64,000 nucleotides of DNA from Alphaproteobacteria bacterium. GTDB taxonomy: Bacteria; Pseudomonadota; Alphaproteobacteria; G965222575. This document shows, piece by piece, positions 30,378 through 40,752 of this stretch. A program made the translations under genes and the position numbers. How positions within the stretch are numbered: the first letter of the stretch is position 1; each line of letters starts with the position of its first letter. The stretch spans positions 128,001 through 192,000 of the forward strand of contig OZ244958.1 of assembly GCA_965222575.1 (NCBI GenBank), given 5' to 3'. Below the pieces are notes generated by a model. It was not told the DNA's origin, did no database searches, and saw only the letters and a program-made list of their open reading frames with translations.

Positions 30378-30401
30378 AAAGGACGAGGAGAGCGCCGTGT
30401 G

Positions 30402-30473
30402 CTGGGGCGGTAGGATTCGAACCTACGCATGCCGGGACCAAAACCCGGTGCCTTACCGCTTGGCTACGCCCCA
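30402..30473 (-). tRNA. tRNA-Gln(TTG)
   Basis: tggggcgtagccaagcggtaaggca-ccggg-ttttggt-cccgg...ggttcgaatcc. Confidence 0.95.
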
Positions 30474-30520
30474 CCAAGTGACACCCTAAACTATCACACC
30501 CTTACGCTTTTTTTCAAGGA

Positions 30521-32755
30521 CTACAGCGACGATAAGGCTAAGAGTAGCAAAATGGCCACAATGTTCGTAATTTTTATCATAGGATTGATAGCGGGACCAG
30601 CGGTATCCTTATAAGGGTCTCCCACCGTATCGCCAATGACTGCTGCTTTATGGGCAGCACTACCTACCCCTCCAAAGGCGCCGTCTTCAATGAGCTTTTT
30701 CGCATTATCCCAAGCCCCCCCTCCAGCCGTCATGGCAATGGCTAAGAAGAAACCTGTCACAATAACACCTAAGAGCAGGGCACCTAAGGTCATCAACGCT
30801 TCCTCTTTTCCTACTACCCCCCACAGGATAAAGAAAACCAACAACGGAGACAGAACTGGCAACAAAGACGGCACAATCATTTGCCTAATGGCAGACCTCG
30901 TAAGAAAATCCACCGCCTTTTTATAATCCGGCGCAACACGCCCTTCCATGAGACCTTTTATGTCTCGAAATTGCCGCCGCACCTCTTTCACAATAGCACT
31001 AGCACAACGCCCCACCGCTTTCATGGCCATAGAGGCAAACAAAAAGGGCAATAACCCACCTAAAATAAGCCCCACAATGACATAAGGACTTGAGAGATTA
31101 AAGGTAATCTCCGGCAATCCTTGAAAAAAAGAACCCTCTGCAGTGCCCCTATAGAGGCGAATATCCTCTACAAACATGCCAAATAACACTAAGGCGCCAA
31201 GTCCCGCAGACCCAATAGCATACCCTTTCGTAATAGCCTTTGTCGTATTGCCTACCGCATCAAGAGTATCGGTAATTTGACGCACCTCTTTCTTCAAAGC
31301 CGCCATTTTCGCAATCCCCCCCGCATTGTCCGTCACAGGACCATAGGCATCCAACGCGACAATCACTCCGCACAAAGACAACATAGAAGAAACAGCCAAC
31401 GCAATCCCATACAATCCCGCCACATGATACGCCACAATAATCCCAACACATATCACAATAGCAGGCACAACTGTCGCTTCAAACCCTATAGCCAAGCCTT
31501 GAATAACATTAGTAGCCCCTCCAGTCTCAGAACTTTTAGCAATCTCACGTACCGGTTTCCACTTCGTGCCCGTATAGTACTCCGTCACCAACACTAACAA
31601 CAAAGAAACCACCAGCCCCACAGCAGAACAAGCCAGCAAGTCATTCCCATCAATACCACCACCACCACCATTCGTCCTTTGAAAGCCTATGACAAAATAG
31701 ACTAAAGCCATCTGCGCTAGAAAGGATAAGAAAATTGTGACAAAAAACCCTCGATATAACGCAGTCATAAGAGACTCGTTCTTCCCCAAACGCACAAAGA
31801 AAACCCCAATCACAGCAGCAATCACACTAACCGCTCCTAACAGCAACGGATATAACATCAGAAAATAGTCAGCCACCTCAAGGGTCACCAAAGCAATCAC
31901 AACCGCTGCTCCTAAAGTCACAACATAAGTTTCAAACAAATCTGCCGCCATACCAGCGCAATCGCCAACATTATCCCCAACATTATCGGCAATCACAGCA
32001 GGATTACGCGGATCATCTTCAGGAATACCAGCTTCTATCTTCCCAACCAAATCTGCCCCGACATCAGCACCCTTAGTAAAAATCCCTCCGCCTAAACGCG
32101 CAAAAATAGAAATGAGTGAGCCTCCAAACCCAAGGGCTATCAAACTCTTCATCAAGGCATCAAAAAAGTCTCTCCCCACCACATCAGGAGGAAACAGAAC
32201 ATAACAAAACAAAAAACAGCTCGAAAGAGAGAGAAGTCCCAGTCCCGTCACCAAAAAGCCCGTCACAGACCCACTGAAAAAGGAAGTAGAGAAAGCCTTA
32301 TGCAACCCCCCGTCAATGGCGGCAGCGGCTGTGCGCACATTGGCTCTTACTGAAACATTCATGCCAATATATCCCGCTGCTGCTGACGAAATAGCGCCAA
32401 CCAAAAACCCAAAAGTTACAGAAATGCCCCCTACTGCTTGCAAAACCACCACTAAAATTACCCCAACAAACCCTATGGTGAGATATTGACGATTCAAATA
32501 CGCCGTTGCACCCTCTTGAATGGCCGTAGCAATACACACCATCGCCTTATTCCCAGTAGGTAAACGCAATAACACACAAGTCGTCACAAGACCATAACCA
32601 CAACTCAATACTCCGCACGCCGCAACCACATACAGCCAAGTAGACACTTCTCCTATTCCGCCCCTAATCACCCCCCCATAAACCAGTACATAATAAAGAG
32701 CAATACCTGTCACTGCAATCAACAGGCAGGAGAACATGATAATCCATAGTCTCAT
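30521..32755 (-). CDS. hppA: Membrane H+-translocating pyrophosphatase (K+-independent signature)
   Basis: GGGIFTKGADVGADLVGK, EDDPRN, DNVGDNVGD, GNTTKA, GDTVGDPYKDT. Confidence 0.95.
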   Translation of the reverse strand: MRLWIIMFSCLLIAVTGIALYYVLVYGGVIRGGIGEVSTWLYVVAACGVLSCGYGLVTTCVLLRLPTGNKAMVCIATAIQEGATAYLNRQYLTIGFVGVILVVVLQAVGGISVTFGFLVGAISSAAAGYIGMNVSVRANVRTAAAAIDGGLHKAFSTSFFSGSVTGFLVTGLGLLSLSSCFLFCYVLFPPDVVGRDFFDALMKSLIALGFGGSLISIFARLGGGIFTKGADVGADLVGKIEAGIPEDDPRNPAVIADNVGDNVGDCAGMAADLFETYVVTLGAAVVIALVTLEVADYFLMLYPLLLGAVSVIAAVIGVFFVRLGKNESLMTALYRGFFVTIFLSFLAQMALVYFVIGFQRTNGGGGGIDGNDLLACSAVGLVVSLLLVLVTEYYTGTKWKPVREIAKSSETGGATNVIQGLAIGFEATVVPAIVICVGIIVAYHVAGLYGIALAVSSMLSLCGVIVALDAYGPVTDNAGGIAKMAALKKEVRQITDTLDAVGNTTKAITKGYAIGSAGLGALVLFGMFVEDIRLYRGTAEGSFFQGLPEITFNLSSPYVIVGLILGGLLPFLFASMAMKAVGRCASAIVKEVRRQFRDIKGLMEGRVAPDYKKAVDFLTRSAIRQMIVPSLLPVLSPLLVFFILWGVVGKEEALMTLGALLLGVIVTGFFLAIAMTAGGGAWDNAKKLIEDGAFGGVGSAAHKAAVIGDTVGDPYKDTAGPAINPMIKITNIVAILLLLALSSL

Positions 32756-32882
32756 AACGTATCCTTTTTTGATAATCCTAATTCCTATATAATATATAAT
32801 ACCTATCAGCAAGGCTTATACAGCACAACACTATCATAGTAAAGATAGAGAAACAATTTTTTCTTCCAACCCCCTTGAAATC

Positions 32883-33467
32883 ATGGGAAAAAAGCACAAA
32901 ATTTTTCACAGTTTAGCCTTTGGTTTTATTCTCGCCATAGGATTTTCTGCCACAGCAGTTCTCGTCATTGGCGGCCTTCCCCCTTTTTCTCACTGGCTTG
33001 TACATGTCCCCCTGCTCATAGCCATAGCAGGAGTCAGCTTCTTTTATCTCTCCTTTCGCCCTTACACTTGTATACATACGACCTGTGTCCTGTGTTTGTT
33101 ATTGTTAGTGGAGAGTCTACTCAATCCTCATACACTACAAGGGTGGCGCTATCTCTTCGGTAGTTTTTATCTCACCGTCATTGGGTTTTTGGATGCCATG
33201 GTGTTTGGGTTACTCTGGTTTCTAGGGTTTCTTATGGCCAAAAAATACTTCCCCCTAGGGATCAGAGCATGGCAAGTCATCGGTGCCTTTTTTCTTTTAT
33301 CTCTTGTAGATATTGGTCCCGGTGTGCGCTTAGCCAACCCTATGCACAATAATGTTCTAAGCACTCTTATCACCCTCTTTCTCTCCCCAACTCTTTACAA
33401 TTTGTGGGTTTCTCCAGCAAGTGTTTTTGCCTTGTTATTTTTAGTCGTCTGGTTTACTAAGCCTTAG
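32883..33467 (+). CDS. Hypothetical membrane protein
   Basis: 194-aa hydrophobic ORF. Confidence 0.6.
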   Translation: MGKKHKIFHSLAFGFILAIGFSATAVLVIGGLPPFSHWLVHVPLLIAIAGVSFFYLSFRPYTCIHTTCVLCLLLLVESLLNPHTLQGWRYLFGSFYLTVIGFLDAMVFGLLWFLGFLMAKKYFPLGIRAWQVIGAFFLLSLVDIGPGVRLANPMHNNVLSTLITLFLSPTLYNLWVSPASVFALLFLVVWFTKP

Positions 33468-33618
33468 GAGGCGAAAATCCTACTTGAACACGCTCTTCGA
33501 ATCTATTACGCTGAAGGCATCAGGGGGAGGGGAGTATTCATCCCACAAGAGGGCGCAAGATTGAAGTCAGTTGCCATAAGATAGAGTGCGGTGATAAGGA
33601 TTAAGAAAGAAGGTTGTA

Positions 33619-34431
33619 GTGGCGTATTTAGAGCTTTTGGGTATTTCAAAAAATTTTTCAAGCATTCGAGCCTTAGAGGATATCACTTTTTCTGTCAGCA
33701 AGGGTGAGGTGTTAGGGTTTTTAGGTCCTAACGGGGCGGGGAAATCCACAGCCATGAAGATTATTACGGGGTGTGTTCCTGCGACGCGCGGGGTGGTGAA
33801 AGTGTTTGGGACTCCTCTTACGAAAGGCCGCTTAAAGAGCAAACACGCCATGGGGTATCTTCCAGAAGGTAGTCCTGTTTATGGGGAAATGACGCCGTCT
33901 GTTTTTCTCTCTTTTATAGGCAAAGCCCGGCGCATGGCCAAAGAACAATACAAAAGGCGCTTGAATTATGTGGTGGAAAAATTGTCTTTGTGGAGTGTGA
34001 TGCACCGCCCTATTGAAACCTTATCTAAGGGGTACAGACGCCGAGTTGGGATAGCCCAAGCCATTTTACATGACCCGCCAATTTTAATATTGGATGAACC
34101 TACGGATGGATTAGACCCTAATCAAAGGACACAAGTCTTTGAGTTAATCAAGTCCATTGCACCACAAAAGGCGGTGATTATCTCCACACATATTTTAGAG
34201 GAGGTGGAAGCCATCTGTACACGTGGTCTCCTTCTCAATGCCGGCAAAATTGTGAAAGATGTACCGCAGAAGGAAGTGAATCGCCAGTCGTTACAACATT
34301 TATTCGCAAGCTTCACCACCCCCGATGTACAACAAGACAGGACAAACGCCTCTTCTTCTTCTCGCAAAGCCTTCAAGAGAAAAGAGGCATCCCAACACGA
34401 AAAAGAAGGCCCCCCTTCAAATCACCAGTAG
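33619..34431 (+). CDS. ABC transporter ATP-binding protein (GldA-like)
   Basis: GPNGAGKST, LSKGYRRRVG, LDEPTDGLDP. Confidence 0.9.
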   Translation: MAYLELLGISKNFSSIRALEDITFSVSKGEVLGFLGPNGAGKSTAMKIITGCVPATRGVVKVFGTPLTKGRLKSKHAMGYLPEGSPVYGEMTPSVFLSFIGKARRMAKEQYKRRLNYVVEKLSLWSVMHRPIETLSKGYRRRVGIAQAILHDPPILILDEPTDGLDPNQRTQVFELIKSIAPQKAVIISTHILEEVEAICTRGLLLNAGKIVKDVPQKEVNRQSLQHLFASFTTPDVQQDRTNASSSSRKAFKRKEASQHEKEGPPSNHQ

Positions 34432-34442
34432 AATCTTTAGAG

Positions 34443-35177
34443 ATGTTTATAAGATTATACGCACTGATTTATAAGGAACTACAGCATTACTTTACAACGC
34501 CGCTTGCCTATGTATTCATAGCGGTCTTTTTAGGAGTTTGCGGGGCGTTGACCTTTTACGCCGGCGGATTTTTTGCCCGTAATACAGCGGATATGCTGTC
34601 ACTTTTCGCGTTTTTTCCATGGATTTACATTTTCTTTTTATCAGCCATAGGCATGCGTCTGTGGTCAGAAGAATTCAAATTTGGGACTTTTGAACTGTTA
34701 TTTTCTTTGCCTCTTCACCCTCTAGACATGGTACTAGGCAAGTATCTCGCAGCCTTGCTTGTGGTCATCATAGCCCTTTTGCCTACAGTTATGTTGTGGG
34801 CTACGATTTCCTATCTCGGAAACCCAGACCATCAGGTGGTCATCTCAGGGTATATCGGGGCTATTCTTATAGCAGCGGGATATCTTTCCCTTGCCTCTTT
34901 TGCCTCTGCTCTTTCCTACAATCAGGTCATTTCCTTTATTATCAGTGCAACCTTATGTCTGATTTTCACAGTATTTGGGTCTTCGTTTGTGATGGGGATT
35001 TTTCAACAGTGGGTTCCACTCCCTATTTTAGAGGTGTTGAGAACATTTAGTTTTTTGACGCGCTTTGATATGATGATGAAAGGGGTTATTCGCCTGAGTG
35101 ATGTGTTCTATATTCTGTCTATTATCGCTGTCTTCTTAGGGGGCACGACAATACTTATCACCAACAAAAAAGGGTAA
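34443..35177 (+). CDS. ABC transporter permease (GldF-like)
   Basis: YFTTPLAYVFI, MRLWSEE..GTFELL. Confidence 0.88.
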   Translation: MFIRLYALIYKELQHYFTTPLAYVFIAVFLGVCGALTFYAGGFFARNTADMLSLFAFFPWIYIFFLSAIGMRLWSEEFKFGTFELLFSLPLHPLDMVLGKYLAALLVVIIALLPTVMLWATISYLGNPDHQVVISGYIGAILIAAGYLSLASFASALSYNQVISFIISATLCLIFTVFGSSFVMGIFQQWVPLPILEVLRTFSFLTRFDMMMKGVIRLSDVFYILSIIAVFLGGTTILITNKKG

Positions 35178-35181
35178 CAAC

Positions 35182-37047
35182 ATGGTAGGGGTGGTGAGAG
35201 TGGCATTGTTTGTATTAGCTCTTGGGGTTGGGGTGGTGGCTTTTAATGTGGTAACTGAGATTCTCTTGCGCCCTTTTCGCTTAGATTTCACGGAACAAAA
35301 AGTCTATACTTTGTCCTCCAACACAAAAGCGCTTTTACAGAATCTTTCTTCCCCGGTGTACTTGAAGTTGTTTGTTTCAGAGAAACTCAGTTACAAGACA
35401 GGGTTTGAGGACTATGGCAAGCGTGTGAAAGACCTCTTAAAAGAATATGTACGCTTAGGGAAAGGGAAGGTTCAATTGGAAATCATTGACCCTATACCCT
35501 TTTCGGAAGCGGAAGAAGAGGCCTTATCGTACAAGATTCAGGGGATACCTGTATCCCAAAGGCGCGGGGATTTTTTCTATTTTGGGTTAGCGGGAGAAAA
35601 TGCCCTCTCTGGAGTTGAGTTGATTCCCCTCTTTGCACCGCAACGTGAGATGTTTTTAGAGCAGGACATTTCCTCGTTGATTGACAAGCTTTCCGCCTTA
35701 AAACGTCCTAGAATAGGCATTTTAACCTCACTGCCTTTTGTGTTTAATACCGGGGAACCATTCAATCAAGGCAAGTCTACTTATCTGTACGAGGTCATCA
35801 AGGAACGCTTTGAGGTAGAGTATATTCCGCTAGCAGGCCCATACCATTTTGAACGCTATGATGTCATTATGGTTGTGCAACCCGGGGAACAGGTGCAGAT
35901 AGAAGCACTACAAGCCCTAAATCGATATGTGGTAGAAGGCGGGCGGCTGTTGGTGATGGTAGACCCGTATGTGGAACTTCAAAGTAGGAGAGAGCAGGTT
36001 TCTTATGCTCTGTCTCAGGACTTCTTAGAGATGCTATCCAAGTGGGGCATTGTCTTTGATGCGGAGACCATTATCGGCGATGGCACTCTAGGGGCAAGGG
36101 TATCGTGGCCTAATGAACGAGGGGGTGCTGATGAGGCGACTTATCCTTTATGGCTTTTTGCCCAACAAGAGGCTCTTTCGCGAGAGGACATTACCACAGG
36201 AGAGTTAAGGCATATGATTTTCAAAACAGTAGGAACCGTAAGTCTTGCTCAAGGGTCGTCTTTAAGGCTGTTTCCTCTTGTTCAAACATCGCGTACAGTA
36301 GGATATTATGACAAAGAGTCGCTGAAAAAATCCCCCTTTGAACTGAGTCAAGACCTCGTCACCATTGACACCCCCCTTTCTATAGTAGCGCGTGTTTCCG
36401 GTCTTATTCCCTCTGCTTTTAAGCCCCTTCCAGCTTCTTCTTCTTCCCCTTCAGAAAAAGGATTACAAAAGACACAACCCGACCCGACCCAAAAGACCTC
36501 TCATATCGTTTTAGTAGGCGATGTGAACTTTCTGGAAGATGAGAGTTGGGTTGTCATTCAGGAAGTGTTTGGACAAAAACTCGTCTATCCCCAGGCCCAA
36601 AACGGACAGTTTATTCTCAATGTCCTAGATCACCTCTGTGGAGATGACTCCATGATTGCTCTACGAAGCCGTAAATCTTCAGCTAGACCTTTCACAAAGG
36701 TGGAAAAAATGCTCAAAGCGGCTCAAGAACAATATATGCAGGAAGAACAACGACTACAAGAGAAACTCGTGGAAATCCGTCAGAAAATTAACGCCCTTTA
36801 TCAGCAAACAGAGGACTCAATTAAAGCTCAAAATATTGACCAGATAACGGCTTTGCAAACGGAACGCATTGCCCTCAATAGAGCCTTGAGAACTGTACAG
36901 CTACACTTTAGAAAAGACATTGAAACCTTAGAAAATAGAATAAAAATCCTCAATATTGCCCTCGTTCCTGTGGGAATTTTGCTCATGGGTCTTTTGATTG
37001 TCTTTATAAGATGGAGGAAAAGAAAAGATGTTTATACCCGTCTCTAA
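35182..37047 (+). CDS. GldG-like ABC-transporter auxiliary protein
   Basis: RLDFTEQKVYTLS, IDPIPFSEAEE, NGQFILNVLDHL, C-terminal coiled coil and TM. Confidence 0.85.
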   Translation: MVGVVRVALFVLALGVGVVAFNVVTEILLRPFRLDFTEQKVYTLSSNTKALLQNLSSPVYLKLFVSEKLSYKTGFEDYGKRVKDLLKEYVRLGKGKVQLEIIDPIPFSEAEEEALSYKIQGIPVSQRRGDFFYFGLAGENALSGVELIPLFAPQREMFLEQDISSLIDKLSALKRPRIGILTSLPFVFNTGEPFNQGKSTYLYEVIKERFEVEYIPLAGPYHFERYDVIMVVQPGEQVQIEALQALNRYVVEGGRLLVMVDPYVELQSRREQVSYALSQDFLEMLSKWGIVFDAETIIGDGTLGARVSWPNERGGADEATYPLWLFAQQEALSREDITTGELRHMIFKTVGTVSLAQGSSLRLFPLVQTSRTVGYYDKESLKKSPFELSQDLVTIDTPLSIVARVSGLIPSAFKPLPASSSSPSEKGLQKTQPDPTQKTSHIVLVGDVNFLEDESWVVIQEVFGQKLVYPQAQNGQFILNVLDHLCGDDSMIALRSRKSSARPFTKVEKMLKAAQEQYMQEEQRLQEKLVEIRQKINALYQQTEDSIKAQNIDQITALQTERIALNRALRTVQLHFRKDIETLENRIKILNIALVPVGILLMGLLIVFIRWRKRKDVYTRL

Positions 37048-38065
37048 GAAGCTTGTTATTTTTTACCTAGCCCTTGCAGGTCTCTGTGTTTTAGCAGCTG
37101 TGGTAGGGGTTTGGGATTATCAACGGACGACGGGGGGACGGAAAGGCATGAAATTTTTCGCACCAGAACTCAAAGACGTGATGGCCTCCATTGATGAGAT
37201 TCACTTAAAGACAAAAGAGAGCACGGACATCTTGCGTAAAGAGCAAGGGCAATGGGTCATAGAAAATAAAGAGGACTATCCCGCTTCCATTAGTCAGGTT
37301 CACCATTTTATTATAGGGTATAGCAATGCTTCAATTGTGCAGGTGAAGCAAAAGGTTGCGTCTTTTTCAAAGGAGTACGGTTTTGAGGAAGAGAAAGAAG
37401 TTGTTTTATTGGTGAAAGGGTCTTCTGTTCTCAGGGTTAGGCTTGGTGGTACCCCTAAGGATCGCGTAGCAAAGGAGAATAATCGTTATCTTTATGTGTT
37501 AAAAAATGAGGAAGAGGTGGTTTATATGATTAAAGGTCAGATTCCCCACCATGGAGAAGGTTTTCCGATTTATAATCCTGTACTTTTCAACATGTCGTCT
37601 GCGCGTCTTCAGAGGGTTCATGTTACCAACCACCATGGTCAGAGTCTGTATCTTGAGCGCAAACAACAGCAACAACAGGATTCTCAGGCCTTCACTATTG
37701 TTCATCCGAAAGAGAAAAAGGAAAGTTTTGACTCTGAAAAATTACAGGGGCTTTGGAATTCTTTGAGCTATCTTTTTTTTCGTGAGGTGTTTGTAGCCCA
37801 AAACAGCGCCGTTCTAGAGAATCAAGCACTCTACTCCTTAAAGTACGAAACGCTGGAGGGATTACAAATTGTGCTGCGTCTGTATGAAGAGAAAGAAGAG
37901 GAGCAGGAGGCGCGTTATTATATTGTGCTCGGAGCATCTACTACCAAAGCCGCCGCTCAGACCATACGCCAAGAAGCCGCCAACATAGAGTCGCGTCATG
38001 AGAAATGGGTGTACGAAATTGACCCTAATAAGGCACTTGAATGGATGATTCTCCCCAACCAGTGA
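37028..38065 (+). CDS. DUF4340-like protein
   Basis: Position after the GldG-like gene; N-terminal TM, WVI..DYPA, WVYEI. Confidence 0.7.
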   Translation: MFIPVSKKLVIFYLALAGLCVLAAVVGVWDYQRTTGGRKGMKFFAPELKDVMASIDEIHLKTKESTDILRKEQGQWVIENKEDYPASISQVHHFIIGYSNASIVQVKQKVASFSKEYGFEEEKEVVLLVKGSSVLRVRLGGTPKDRVAKENNRYLYVLKNEEEVVYMIKGQIPHHGEGFPIYNPVLFNMSSARLQRVHVTNHHGQSLYLERKQQQQQDSQAFTIVHPKEKKESFDSEKLQGLWNSLSYLFFREVFVAQNSAVLENQALYSLKYETLEGLQIVLRLYEEKEEEQEARYYIVLGASTTKAAAQTIRQEAANIESRHEKWVYEIDPNKALEWMILPNQ

Positions 38066-38352
38066 AACAGCAAGTTCATAGGAAAAAAGAGATAGCACTA
38101 GAGATAGCGCAAAGAACAGGTCTCCCTTACGTCCAATGTACCTTGCTTATCAATAGTCTGATAAAACATATCAAAGACGCACTCTCTCAACAACAGCCGG
38201 TGAAAATATCAAATTTCGGGGTTTTCACACCACGTGATAAAGCACAACGCATAGGCAGGAATCCCAAAACAGGCAAACTCTACCCCATACCAGCCATGAG
38301 AACAGTGCTATTTCGCCCTGCTAACGGCTTTAAGAAAAAGCTACACCCTTAA
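38041..38352 (+). CDS. ihfA: Integration host factor alpha subunit
   Basis: VKISNFGVF..RIGRNPKTG; followed by a MerR gene. Confidence 0.85.
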   Translation: MDDSPQPVKQQVHRKKEIALEIAQRTGLPYVQCTLLINSLIKHIKDALSQQQPVKISNFGVFTPRDKAQRIGRNPKTGKLYPIPAMRTVLFRPANGFKKKLHP

Positions 38353-38353
38353 A

Positions 38354-38692
38354 ATGACAGCTCCTCTTTATAAAATAGGCAACGTGGTAACCCTATTAGG
38401 CATAAGCCACCATATGCTAAGAAATTGGGAAAAAGCACTCTCACCCCTTAAGCCTGTGAAACACAAAGGAGGCAGGCGTTATTACACAGAAGAGCATTTA
38501 ATTTTGTTGCGACAGATAAAACAAATGTTATCAGAAGGCTATACTTTATCAGGCATTTCAAAAGCACTCAAAACCCAAAAGGAAGAAGAGCCTGTAGGCA
38601 CTAGTCTTTTTCAAGTCGCACGCACAGTACTCAAAGGACTGGAATCTCTTCAGGAAGACTTAAAAAATTCCGTCCGCAACCCTCCCTCATAA
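38354..38692 (+). CDS. MerR-family transcriptional regulator
   Basis: YKIG.V..LGISHHMLRNWE..KP..GGRRYY. Confidence 0.88.
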   Translation: MTAPLYKIGNVVTLLGISHHMLRNWEKALSPLKPVKHKGGRRYYTEEHLILLRQIKQMLSEGYTLSGISKALKTQKEEEPVGTSLFQVARTVLKGLESLQEDLKNSVRNPPS

Positions 38693-38919
38693 GGCTCAAT
38701 AAGCAACAAAAGCGCGGCAGTGTTGTTCAAAAAGAAACCGCAGAGGCTCTGTTCGTATCCCCTCCCCTTCTTCACAAAAAAGTGTAAAAGCATGTAGAAT
38801 AAAGAGAAGAGGATTTTCTATCAATCCCTGCCAAGATACTGTGCATGGCGAAAACCCTCTTGATTTTTGATAAAAATGTAATTTTATTACAAATAAAAGC
38901 TTTTTTTTATTTTTTTCTA

Positions 38920-38947
38920 TTGACAAACAGAAAAAATATGTTATTAT
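38920..38947 (+). promoter_or_regulatory. Sigma70-type promoter
   Basis: TTGACA-N16-TATTAT with extended -10 TG and an AT-rich upstream element. Confidence 0.6.
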
Positions 38948-38952
38948 TGAAT

Positions 38953-39147
38953 AAATAATATCAAAACGGAGGAAATAATATGGTTTTGGCTTTTCCAACT
39001 TCTGGTTTTGTTTAGTGATAGAAAGAACAGGCCTTAAATTCAGGTCGTATTTTAAAAGGTATGACTGTATTTACTCAAGATTGGAGGGCTTATCAGTTCT
39101 CCTTAAGTCACCCGCCTCCCACAGGACTTCGGGTGACTTGTTTTTTT
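38953..39147 (+). ncRNA. Structured small RNA candidate (possibly 6S-like or a peptide-coding sRNA)
   Basis: Promoter, long closing stem 38968-39003/39075-39102, internal hairpin, terminator. Confidence 0.45.
39105..39147 (+). terminator. Rho-independent terminator
   Basis: aagtcacccg...cgggtgactt followed by gttttttt. Confidence 0.75.
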
Positions 39148-39164
39148 GAACCCTACTCCATCCC

Positions 39165-40480
39165 ACAAGGGGCATCACCCCCAGTCACTTTGAGGGAAAG
39201 AGGCGTTGGGGCATCACTCCTTTGTTGAGATTGTGAACTTTCAGCCACCCCCCTCCATCATCAGCTATCTTGTTGAGGAAAAGAGGCGTTGTTTGCCACC
39301 CACTCCATTAGGGGCATCACTCTTTTGTTGAGATTGTGAACCTTCAGCCACCCCCCTCCATCAGGGGCATCACTTCTTTGTTGAGATTGTGAACTTTCCG
39401 CCACCCCACTCCATCATCAGCTATCTTGTTGAGGAAAAGAGGCGTTGTTTGCCACCCACTCCATTAGGGGCATCACTCTTTTGTTGAGATTGTGAACTTT
39501 CAGCCACCCCCCCTCCATCAGGGGCATCACTCTTTTGTTGAGATTGTGAACCTTCAGCCACCCCCCTCCATCAGGGGCATCACTCTTTTGTTGAGATTGT
39601 GAACCTTCAGCCACCCCCCTCCATCAGGGGCATTACTCCTTTGTTGAGATTGTGAACTTTCAGCCACCCCCCTCCATCATCAGCTATCTTGTTGAGGAAA
39701 AGAGGCGTTGTTTGCCACCCACTCCATTAGGGGCATCACTCTTTTGTTGAGATTGTGAACTTTCAGCCACCCCCCTCCATCATCAGCTATCTTGTTGAGG
39801 AAAAGAGGCGTTGTTTGCCACCCACTCCATTAGGGGCATCACTCTTTTGTTGAGATTGTAAACTTTCAGCCACCCCACTCCATCAGGGGCATCACCCTTT
39901 TGTTGAGATTGTGAACTTTCAGCCACCCCCCCCCTCCATCAAGGGCATCACCTTTTTGTTGAGATTGTGAACTTTCAGTCACCCCCCCTCCATCAGGGGC
40001 ATCACTCCTTTGTTGAGATTGTGAACTTTCAGCCACCCCCCCTCCATCAGGGGCATTACTCCTTTGTTGAGATTGTGAACTTTCAGCCACCCCCCTCCAT
40101 CAGGGGCATCACTCCTTTGTTGAGATTGTGAACTTTCAGCCACCCCCCTCCATAGGGGCATCCTCCTTTGTTGAGATTGTGAACTTTCCGCCACCCCACT
40201 CCATCAGGGGCATCCTCCTTTGTTGAGATTGTGAACCTTCAGCCACCCCCCCCTCCATCAGGGGCATCACTCCTTTGTTGAGATTGTGAACCTTCAGCCA
40301 CCCGCCCCTCCATAAGGGGGCATAATTCCTTTGTTGAGATTGTGAACTTTCAGCCACCCCCTCCATCAGGGGCATCACTCCTTTGTTGAGATTGTGAACT
40401 TTCAGCCACCCCCCCTCCATCAGGGGTATCACCCTTTTATTGAGATTGTGAACCTTCAGCTATCTTGAGGAAAAGAGGCT
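39165..40480. repeat. Composite tandem array: ~20 copies of a ~53-bp unit plus 4 copies of a ~50-bp unit
   Basis: Unit A ggggcatcactcctttgttgagattgtgaactttcagccacccccctccatca; unit B tcagctatcttgttgaggaaaagaggcgttgtttgccacccactccatta. Confidence 0.97.
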
Positions 40481-40749
40481 TTGAAGTTATCGGCATAACA
40501 TTTTGTATCTATTGCTTGCTCTTGTTCATCAAGAACATGGTAGGCTATGTTCTGAGATTGAGCGTATGCTATGGCGTCTTCTTTTGTTTGAAAGACGAGT
40601 CTCATCCCTTCTCCTTTGCCACCGCTCCATCCCATCAGGGGCATCACTCCTTTGTCTAAAGAAGGGCTCTCTAAAACCCATTGTGCCGTTTTATATCGTC
40701 CTGCCTGTACAGCAGTTTTTCGAGGGCGATAAATCCAAGCTTTTGTCAT
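40456..40749 (-). CDS. ETC complex I subunit (NDUFS4-like)
   Basis: IYRPRKTAVQAG, PLMGWS, LVFQTKEDAIAYA, YADNF. Confidence 0.88.
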   Translation of the reverse strand: MTKAWIYRPRKTAVQAGRYKTAQWVLESPSLDKGVMPLMGWSGGKGEGMRLVFQTKEDAIAYAQSQNIAYHVLDEQEQAIDTKCYADNFKASFPQDS

Positions 40750-40752
40750 AGG

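Noticed and set aside
33573-33584. 12-mer gccataagatag shared with the ppiD upstream region (51628-51639, minus strand)
   Set aside because: A single 12-bp match is expected by chance in 64 kb.
39417-40432. Short ORFs within the 53-bp array
   Set aside because: Frames shift with C-run length; these are by-products of the repeat.
39165-40480. CRISPR array (regularly spaced gttgagattgtgaac)
   Set aside because: The intervening sequences are near-identical rather than unique spacers, the units derive from the adjacent gene, and there are no cas genes in the window.
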